Origin: a virus
Lineage: Duplodnaviria; Caudoviricetes
Virus record (IMG/VR): IMGVR_UViG_3300028629_000440
Coordinates: 1-33,260 of that record
Direction: 5' to 3' (one strand)
DNA length: 33,260 bases
Notes under the pieces: generated by a model
Seen by the model: only the letters and a program-made list of their open reading frames with translations
What the model was told of the DNA's origin: nothing
The model's database searches: none
Made by a program: the position numbers and the translations under genes
Shown here: in pieces, positions 7,551 to 14,775 of the stretch
Layout: each line of letters starts with the position of its first letter
How positions within the stretch are numbered: the stretch's first letter is position 1

Positions 7551-8279
7551 GTGGCACAAATGTTCGAGGACGAGAAGAAGTTTCCGGACAATTCATCGCG
7601 GGCGAACTTTGTATTCCTCGGGTACCCACACAAGCCACCGCTTGCCTTGGACGACTACCGATCAGTAACTCGGGAGCTTGAGCAAGAACTACCCATCCGA
7701 CTCTGGTACTTCCTTGATGAAGTCACGACGCAGGAGATGATGCGCAAAGTGTGGCGAGCGATCCTACGAAGCAATCTCTGCTTCTTTGACATTTCAGGCG
7801 GCAACCCCAACGTGGCCCTTGAGTTGGGCATGGCGGTGGCGATTAACAAGCCGTGCCTGACGCTGCTAAAGACCGGCGAAGCAAATCCGCTCGGCGACGC
7901 AGATATGAGTTATGCCGAGCGAGCGGAGTATCAATCCCGCGAGACGCTCAAGACGAAGCTTCGCGAACTGTTACGGACAAAATGCGCCGCGATGAGGATT
8001 CTCAACGAGGTCTCCTATCAGATTCAGAGCGCCCAGTTCCCTTATGCCCGAGACGAAATTGAGAGGCGCCTTGCACAAGCAGTGTCTCAGGTATTCTTGG
8101 CTAAGCGCACAACTCGCGCAGCAATGGCAAAGGTGTTCGGGTCAGATGAGGCGGCCGGCACAGTCTTGAACGCTTTTCGTGAACGAGGAGTATTCAAGCT
8201 TGAAGGCCAACGAAGAGCGGCGAAATGGCTCCTCGGAGATTCATGGGTTCATCACGATCATGAGGTCGTCGGGGCGTGA
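7551..8279 (+). CDS. nucleoside 2-deoxyribosyltransferase/TIR-like domain + C-terminal winged HTH
   Basis: VFLGYP...ILRSNLCFFDISGGNPNVALELGMAVAINKP signature with the putative catalytic Glu. C-terminal TRAAMAKVFG..AAGTVLNAFRERGVFKLEG wHTH pattern. GTG start at 7551 with GGAG RBS. Confidence 0.75.
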   Translation: MAQMFEDEKKFPDNSSRANFVFLGYPHKPPLALDDYRSVTRELEQELPIRLWYFLDEVTTQEMMRKVWRAILRSNLCFFDISGGNPNVALELGMAVAINKPCLTLLKTGEANPLGDADMSYAERAEYQSRETLKTKLRELLRTKCAAMRILNEVSYQIQSAQFPYARDEIERRLAQAVSQVFLAKRTTRAAMAKVFGSDEAAGTVLNAFRERGVFKLEGQRRAAKWLLGDSWVHHDHEVVGA

Positions 8280-8333
8280 GCGAGAACACCGGGGGACACC
8301 GTGGGGCGATCAGGCATTAGAATCGCTGCAGGC

Positions 8334-8361
8334 TTGACGAGGGCGGTCATATAGCGAGAAT
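8334..8361 (+). promoter_or_regulatory. sigma70-like promoter of 8402..9025
   Basis: TTGACG-N16-GAGAAT. Confidence 0.45.
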
Positions 8362-8401
8362 CCAGTTGCTTCGCACGACCAGAGGATTGAAGGACGCGTA
8401 A

Positions 8402-9025
8402 ATGACGAGAGTAGTACTAAATGTTCAGAAGCTCCAATATGTCCGGGCATGGGAATATGTTAGCCGACTTGTCGAAGTGCGTGATCGCAAATACACCGTG
8501 GACGGGAAGGACGTCTGGGACTTTGCTGAAGTGGGCACAGGCACCACATGCGTCATGGCATCGCTGGGATCTCCAGAGGAACCCGAGTTCTGTGTTAACC
8601 CCTTAGCAGACATCTACACAGCGATAGACGCAATGCACCGTAGCGCTGTGACACTACTCTTGCGTCAGCCCTGTTGGAGGCAATCCAGGCCACCCAAAAG
8701 TTACATGTCCATCTATCCGGCATGGTTCCAAGTGACCACGAATGCCCAGCATGATAAGGACTTGCAGAGAGATTTGAGCGACCTCTTTGCGGCAGGCAAT
8801 GGCTTATGTGGGCATCCTAGCTCAGACAAGCCTCTGGCGGTAACATACGGGGGATTCCTAATCCCTAAGGGGCAGGACTCCCAAGAGACCTTCTTGGTTG
8901 ACATCGTCGCTGTAATTCGTTTCTTCCGGGCATTGACCAAGCTATGGCGCGATGTGCTCAGAGCGAGAGGAATGGACCCTATCGAGAATCCCGAGCAACA
9001 TGAACACTTGGTTGATGTCGAGTAG
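8402..9025 (+). CDS. hypothetical protein, possibly degenerate HEPN-like
   Basis: 207-aa ORF with AAGGA upstream. Helical pattern, with motif LSDLFAAGNGLCGHP. Confidence 0.6.
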   Translation: MTRVVLNVQKLQYVRAWEYVSRLVEVRDRKYTVDGKDVWDFAEVGTGTTCVMASLGSPEEPEFCVNPLADIYTAIDAMHRSAVTLLLRQPCWRQSRPPKSYMSIYPAWFQVTTNAQHDKDLQRDLSDLFAAGNGLCGHPSSDKPLAVTYGGFLIPKGQDSQETFLVDIVAVIRFFRALTKLWRDVLRARGMDPIENPEQHEHLVDVE

Positions 9026-9040
9026 CACTAAGCGCGGCCT

Positions 9041-9133
9041 GCGTCGTCTCCGAAAACATCCTCATTTCTCGTTGGGGCGCTATTAGGGTGGACTCGAGGG
9101 CCTCGGAGGGCTTCCTACGCCCAGTGTCCGCTC
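9041..9133 (+). repeat. module-boundary repeat, complete L-core-R copy
   Basis: 9041-9078 matches 20641-20678 (33/38). 9072-9133 matches 7210-7271 (50/62). The overlap is TTGGGGC. Confidence 0.9.
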
Positions 9134-9153
9134 CTTCCCGGAAGACGAAACAC

Positions 9154-10170
9154 TCATATTGGGTTGGTCTTTCGGTCCTGACAAGCGATGCCATCCCACT
9201 TGACAACGTAAGCCCAGCTAGCGCCAGCTCCTTGACTATATGTGGGGTTGTAAGCCTTTGGCTGTGTATAGTAGATTCCAGCGTCTCGCTCTATCGCGTA
9301 GAGCGCCATGCCCAAAGTGATTGGCTTGGGGCCGAACGGAGCAAGAGTCAATCCGTTAGCCCGTGATTCCCATTGCTCTCGCAGTACATGATATGTTCTG
9401 TCTGCGTCCCATGTAGCGATCATTTCAATATCCTCACGGCGAATCGCACTATCTGCACCACCTGTAGCTTCATAGAGCGTCTTCCAGCATCTTCGCGAGA
9501 AAGCTCCGTCGGGAGGAAAGGGCATGATTACCTTAGTTGAGCCAGCATCTCTATCATAGATCTCCTTCATAAGTGACGATATGCGCAACATTTCAAATCC
9601 TACACTCAAGACCAGAGTGTTCCCCTTGGGTTGCAGTTGTGGGGCAAACCCAGGCAGATGATCAGGCGTCATGGGATCCTCAGCTAGATGCCCTGAAGCA
9701 TATCCACCTGGAGCGCTCTCGGTATAAGTGACCACCATACCTCGCACTGCCTGGTCTGCCAGCAGCCTCTTCAGATAGAAACAGAAGAACCGCTTAGGAA
9801 AACAGGAGATGTCAAGAACAACCACATTGCTGCGGATAGACTGTAGCAGTTCCGCCGTGGAGGCCAGCAAATCGTCTTCTGTTGCCAATAACTTGGCGTG
9901 CGAGATCTTGACATCCGGCCGAAACCTTCTGCTTTCCTGCTCCTTCGAAGCGATGCGTGGAGCTCTTGCTTGGCTGTAGTCGGGAGTTGCATCAATCGGG
10001 TCATCAACACACACCAACTGTAGTGAAACGCAATCCGATGCAGGGCCGCACAGCAACTGTGGAACGTGGCAGCAACGGTCTTCGAAAGAAAGACACCCTA
10101 TAACATCATAGGGAGTTTGTCGAAGGAATACGGAGCCAATGTCTTTGAGCTGTCCCCATGGCATTCGCAC
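9154..10170 (-). CDS. tandem Rossmann-like (CARF-like?) partner of the PRTase/ORC-CDC6 operon
   Basis: Motifs GCLSFEDRC, VVLDISCFPKRFF, VLSVGFE, LAPFGPKP, YYTQPKAY. GAGGTG RBS. Starts 9 nt after the ATPase stop. Confidence 0.75.
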   Translation of the reverse strand: MRMPWGQLKDIGSVFLRQTPYDVIGCLSFEDRCCHVPQLLCGPASDCVSLQLVCVDDPIDATPDYSQARAPRIASKEQESRRFRPDVKISHAKLLATEDDLLASTAELLQSIRSNVVVLDISCFPKRFFCFYLKRLLADQAVRGMVVTYTESAPGGYASGHLAEDPMTPDHLPGFAPQLQPKGNTLVLSVGFEMLRISSLMKEIYDRDAGSTKVIMPFPPDGAFSRRCWKTLYEATGGADSAIRREDIEMIATWDADRTYHVLREQWESRANGLTLAPFGPKPITLGMALYAIERDAGIYYTQPKAYNPTYSQGAGASWAYVVKWDGIACQDRKTNPI

Positions 10171-10179
10171 TGTAACACC

Positions 10180-12297
10180 TCACTCGAAGAGCCGCAGCTG
10201 TCTGGCATCATCTTCCTGAAGCGGTCGGACCTGAGACGCGGGCCTCCTGGCTCCACCAAACGTGATCTTGGCATTACAGAAGATCCAGTCGTGAAGCTCG
10301 TCGACCGATACGTATCTTGGCTCTTTGATGCGCTTGTATGGAATATTGAAATACGCGCATAATAGTGGATGCAAGAAGAACTTCCGTCTACGGGCAGATT
10401 CCTGCAGTTTGGATGTGTGTGCGCGCTCCTCGAAAATGGCCCAATTTACCCCATCCTCAAGAAAGCGGAGTGCCCGAACGCCCTTCTCTGAAACGCGAAG
10501 ATCAGACTCGCGAAGCGAGAACCCTGTGAACCCTGGATTGGATATTGCCAGATCGGACTTCAGGTAGTTGCAGACGGCGGGTCCGATCCGACTTAGGAAT
10601 GCATACCGCATGCTTCCGCCGGTGTTCTCATTCCGGTCACGGTTGAACCACTTCTCCGATGCCATGGCTATGCCACTTGTCTGCACGAGAGGGCTGATGG
10701 GGCGCGACTCTACGGGGTGCTCTCCACGCCGGCATGCCACATCCCACATTTCCCCAAGCAGCAACAGGAGCGCACTAATGTTTCCCCCCGATAGGTACAG
10801 CGTAGGCTCCCATCCGAAATACTTCTTCTTCTGGTTTGCCATAGAGGCCAACTGGAGCAGCGCGACGTCTACACGCTCCTTCTTCCATGACCATCGCAGC
10901 CAGGGGCGCGAATCAATGTTCTTCTCAATCCTCTTGCGTGGCTCCCCGCGAGCGACACGCTGCAGAACCCACGCGCCAGCAAGCCGCAGTTCCACACCAG
11001 AACTGTCACGATCTACTAACTTAGCTAGACGTCGGCGGATCACTTCCGGAACGCCCTTGAGTGCGAGTGTATCACGACGCTTGATTACGGAGAAGTAGTG
11101 TGTCGCCTCGACGTCGCGACTCCACCCCCCCAGGATGCTGCTAACTTGATTCTGCTGCAGATTAGAGTATCCCTTAGCCTGCAGTCGCTTGTACGTGACG
11201 TCAAGAGCGAACTTCGGAAATAGCCATCTGCGCCCATCTTCGTCCCGCATCAGCAAGTCGGTCAGATTTATCAGCGAGTAGTCACGGTGTTCTTCAATTC
11301 GTGATTCCGCCCCCCAAATTCGCAATTCCCTGCCCCAATCGTGAGTGCGCGCGCCCAGTTTGTGGAATACGTACGGGTCCCGAGCCTTGATCAGAGTGTT
11401 AACAACTCGCTGTAAAGCCGTGCCATGCACAGCGTTGAGTTCGGAGAGCACTTCATACTGATCGAGAACCACAAAGAGCCTCAGCTCCTTCGATGAGATA
11501 TGTGCCAGCAGCGCCCCCATCTCGCTAAGAGGGTGTTCTGGCGACTCCTTGGAAGCCCAGATGCTCCTTGGTATCTTGTCAATATCAGTGTTCAGGAACT
11601 GCCGCCAGGTATCAAGACGCCCCAAAGCAGTTCTGAGCAGCGCGCGCAAGGTCCTTGCCTGACGATAGTAGTCATACCATCGCCCCCAGCCTCTGAACAG
11701 CTTGACCAGCTTCTGCTCATTCCGAAGAAGTCTGGGGGGAATCCCCATCCAGGCACACATCGCAGCGCTATCCGCTTGCTGCAGGAACTGAATCCCTGTC
11801 AGAAATTCACGGAAGAGGAAGTGAGTCAAGAAGTCAGCGGCACACATGGCGTCCAGACTAGGATCAGCCTGTCCTGACATTGCACGCGATACAGACCTAC
11901 GTCCAAACGTATGGAACGCCGTTCGGACTAGGTTAATGGAAATACCCATATACGGTGGGCAAGTCCTGAGCGCCTTAGGTGGGGATTCTGCGCCAGTGAA
12001 CCACTCCGAAAGAACCTTTGTCCTTATCAAATTCAGGATCATTGACTTGCCGCAGCCTTGAGGCCCGATAAGGATAACATTGCTCGGCTTGAATGCCTGC
12101 AGTGTCTCGCCAACCAGGATCTCTTCGCTAAACATTCGCCTGTACCGCCCCGGAGTTTCGATCAATTCGCTCACCAATGGGTCGTGAAACGGATTCCCAA
12201 GTCTGTGCTCCTCCATAGAAGCGCCTGCTGGGCCAAGATTCGGCTCTTTGGCAGAGCTGTTGTTGGAGGCAGGCAAAGCACTTGTGGTCTTGTTCAT
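10180..12297 (-). CDS. ORC/CDC6-like (STAND-related) P-loop ATPase
   Basis: N-terminal NPF, Walker A GPQGCGKS, Walker B FVVLDQYE, LSGGNIS helix motif, C-terminal wHTH-like FFLHPLLCAYFNIP. Start chosen at ATG 12297, 1 nt after the upstream stop. Confidence 0.85.
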   Translation of the reverse strand: MNKTTSALPASNNSSAKEPNLGPAGASMEEHRLGNPFHDPLVSELIETPGRYRRMFSEEILVGETLQAFKPSNVILIGPQGCGKSMILNLIRTKVLSEWFTGAESPPKALRTCPPYMGISINLVRTAFHTFGRRSVSRAMSGQADPSLDAMCAADFLTHFLFREFLTGIQFLQQADSAAMCAWMGIPPRLLRNEQKLVKLFRGWGRWYDYYRQARTLRALLRTALGRLDTWRQFLNTDIDKIPRSIWASKESPEHPLSEMGALLAHISSKELRLFVVLDQYEVLSELNAVHGTALQRVVNTLIKARDPYVFHKLGARTHDWGRELRIWGAESRIEEHRDYSLINLTDLLMRDEDGRRWLFPKFALDVTYKRLQAKGYSNLQQNQVSSILGGWSRDVEATHYFSVIKRRDTLALKGVPEVIRRRLAKLVDRDSSGVELRLAGAWVLQRVARGEPRKRIEKNIDSRPWLRWSWKKERVDVALLQLASMANQKKKYFGWEPTLYLSGGNISALLLLLGEMWDVACRRGEHPVESRPISPLVQTSGIAMASEKWFNRDRNENTGGSMRYAFLSRIGPAVCNYLKSDLAISNPGFTGFSLRESDLRVSEKGVRALRFLEDGVNWAIFEERAHTSKLQESARRRKFFLHPLLCAYFNIPYKRIKEPRYVSVDELHDWIFCNAKITFGGARRPASQVRPLQEDDARQLRLFE

Positions 12298-12298
12298 C

Positions 12299-13300
12299 TT
12301 AGGCCTCTTGATGTTCCAGGCGACGGAACAATGGATTCCACTGTGGCGCGATCCTGTGAAGGATATGAATGGAGTTGTTTGGTGCATTGTGAGCTGTTAC
12401 AAGGATGGCGCCAGCCCCTCCATGGCCAAAGGGATCTGAAGCCGCCGGACTGGACTTGTGCGCCTTCCTGCGCACTCTGTCCCACGATGACAGGATGAGA
12501 GCACGAAGGGGCGCAAAGTCCTTGTGTTCTGGCAAGACAGGTCTTGCTCGCACGGTGGCAGTCTTGGGGATAATGATAACAGGCCTGATGTCGATACCAG
12601 GCAATGCATTACGCAGTCTCACATACCCATCTTCCATTGCGATCAACGGAGAGAAGAGAACGCGCTGCTTAGAAGTGATTGTTGCCCGCACCGTTTTGAG
12701 GACATCTCTGCATTGCTGCCCACAGCCAACGAAATCTTCAAGAACGATGGCTCCTAAGTCAGTCTTGCGCGTAAATCTCGTCACCATTTCCCGAGCAACC
12801 GTGGCAACCTCGGTAAGCTGGCGCCCTCTCCGAAGACAACTCAAGGAATTCACGCGCTCAAAGGTGTTATAGTCGAAACTGTTGGTCACGTAGAACAGCC
12901 GGTATCTACAAACAAGCCGCACTGTCTTGCGTGCGTAATCAGGTGACAGCAGGTCTGATGTGGTGCATGTGCCATTCCAGACCCACGGCGATATTACACT
13001 CCTGAATACGTCGCGATATAAAGACGCGATTTGAGAGATGTCTACGAACGTCATGTGTCTAAGTACGGAGAACAGGATCTTCTTCTCTGCATCACTGGCA
13101 ACATTGTTAAGCCATGCCAGGAGGCGCGAGAAGAACGGCGGGCCTTCGGATCTGAATGGCATATAGTCCTCGAAGCGAAGGTCGGCATGATACTCTAGTT
13201 CTTTGAGTTCCTCCAGGAAGGAGGGCTCGCTGGAAGGCTCAAAGCTATCACTCGTCCATCCACTGATCAGCTTCTCAAGTTCTGCTCGTGCGTTGGCCAT
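12299..13300 (-). CDS. phosphoribosyltransferase-like conflict effector (PRTase-CE type)
   Basis: PRPP-loop IVLEDFVGCGQQ. N-terminal LLAWLNNV. C-terminal PFGHGG..ILVTAHNAPNNS...WNPLFRR. Start chosen at ATG 13300. Confidence 0.8.
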   Translation of the reverse strand: MANARAELEKLISGWTSDSFEPSSEPSFLEELKELEYHADLRFEDYMPFRSEGPPFFSRLLAWLNNVASDAEKKILFSVLRHMTFVDISQIASLYRDVFRSVISPWVWNGTCTTSDLLSPDYARKTVRLVCRYRLFYVTNSFDYNTFERVNSLSCLRRGRQLTEVATVAREMVTRFTRKTDLGAIVLEDFVGCGQQCRDVLKTVRATITSKQRVLFSPLIAMEDGYVRLRNALPGIDIRPVIIIPKTATVRARPVLPEHKDFAPLRALILSSWDRVRRKAHKSSPAASDPFGHGGAGAILVTAHNAPNNSIHILHRIAPQWNPLFRRLEHQEA

Positions 13301-13310
13301 GACGTCGTCC

Positions 13311-14474
13311 CTACGTGCGATTCTTGCGCGCAATGAAAACTCGCTCAACTATCCGCGCCTTGCGGTGTCCGTTCGAGTCACTCAGCGCGTTGAAGTACCT
13401 GAAGCCGCTAGGGACGGTGTGTGCAAAGATATTGCATACCCTTAGGCCGATGTTGGCATTTCCTCGAAGCATCGATGACAGGAGCTCTCCCGTCCGAAAC
13501 GACCGCACGGTCCGAGGGCTTCTGGCCATCTTCCTGCGCACATCACCCGCTATGCATATGAGCACACCTCCAGGGCGGAGCATTCGTGCCAGCTCGAAGA
13601 AGATCTTAGACATATGCTCTCTATAGGCTGAGATGCTCCCTGTCTGAATGTATCGTCCTCGGATCTGTTTGTGGTCATATCCCAAGAGCCATAGTCTAAG
13701 CCAGTTGTCCTTTGCATATGTCTGCGCATTCAAATATGGTGGTGACGTCAGAATCACATCCACTTTTCCGCGGAGACGCGGGAGCAGGGAGTAGACGTCG
13801 CTGGCAGAGCCCTGAACGACGTGCCCCTTGACTGGGGGTGGCATGCCATCGGACAGTGCGCGAGCAATCTTCTTTGCTATGCAATCCCTGACATCTCGGA
13901 CTGGCCTGCGAAGGCCATGACTGCGCGAGTACTTCCGTACGTATCGGGCGGACATCGAGAATGCATGCGCGCAGGGGAGCGATAGCGAATATGAAGCGTG
14001 ACCGTGGAGGATGCCTAATAGGCACGCCAATGCGAAACATGCGTTGCTCCGGAGATGGGGATCGCTCGATGATGCGTCACGGACCAAGGCGTCCCGAACG
14101 GAAAGCATGCGCCCGAGAGTAACCTTGTGATAGAACACCTTGACATCTGATGGTACCGAGTCAACCGCTCGTTCCCTCTGTCTAAGCGAACGCACATAGT
14201 CAATTGCGCCCTCGGCGTTCACTGCAAGCATCTTAGCCTGCGAACAGATCACCGCCTCAGGTGCAACGTCAATACCGTACGCGCTCATGCCCAGTAACCT
14301 TGCGGCCAGCAGTGATGTCCCTTTGCCGCAAAAGGGATCTAGGATCACAGGCTTGTCTGGGGCATAATCCTTAAGAAGATCGACCGCAACCGTGAGGGGA
14401 AACGACCCGGTACGCGACATTATTGACTGCAGGGGGTGCCGTCCGAGTAGTTGCAGGTGTTCCGATCGCTTCAT
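13311..14474 (-). CDS. amino (N4-C/N6-A) DNA methyltransferase, alpha motif order
   Basis: Motif I ILDPFCGKGT near the N-terminus. Motif IV VILTSPPY near the C-terminus. RMLRPGG motif. Confidence 0.9.
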   Translation of the reverse strand: MKRSEHLQLLGRHPLQSIMSRTGSFPLTVAVDLLKDYAPDKPVILDPFCGKGTSLLAARLLGMSAYGIDVAPEAVICSQAKMLAVNAEGAIDYVRSLRQRERAVDSVPSDVKVFYHKVTLGRMLSVRDALVRDASSSDPHLRSNACFALACLLGILHGHASYSLSLPCAHAFSMSARYVRKYSRSHGLRRPVRDVRDCIAKKIARALSDGMPPPVKGHVVQGSASDVYSLLPRLRGKVDVILTSPPYLNAQTYAKDNWLRLWLLGYDHKQIRGRYIQTGSISAYREHMSKIFFELARMLRPGGVLICIAGDVRRKMARSPRTVRSFRTGELLSSMLRGNANIGLRVCNIFAHTVPSGFRYFNALSDSNGHRKARIVERVFIARKNRT

Positions 14475-14511
14475 GCCGGCCTCGAAGTGGCGCCATTACC
14501 GCAATGAGCGA

Positions 14512-14539
14512 ATATTAGTTCCAGCCGCAGCATTGTCAA
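14512..14539 (-). promoter_or_regulatory. promoter of the MTase-PRTase operon
   Basis: Minus strand TTGACA-N16-TAATAT. Confidence 0.6.
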
Positions 14540-14644
14540 CGTGCACGAAGGGCGCGTGCTAACATGCCCGCAGGGCGTGGGGCAAACACCTCCAGAGCCG
14601 GTGGGCGGCAACCTCATGCCCCGTGTGGCCAGGCCAATGATTGG

Positions 14645-14700
14645 GCTTTGATCCCAAAGCATGACTGTGGCCTTGACCCCCAAAGGTCAAAGCATATCAT
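14645..14700 (+). promoter_or_regulatory. promoter of the TerB operon with operator-like palindromes
   Basis: TTGACC-N16-TATCAT (14673-14700). Inverted repeats TTGACC-N6-GGTCAA (14673-14690) and GCTTTG-N4-CAAAGC (14645-14660). Confidence 0.55.
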
Positions 14701-14775
14701 TCTTCACCAGTTGGTCTTGCGCCGGCGATACCATACTAGCCCTTCGCGTGATCTCAAGACCGGCGCCGGGGAGGA

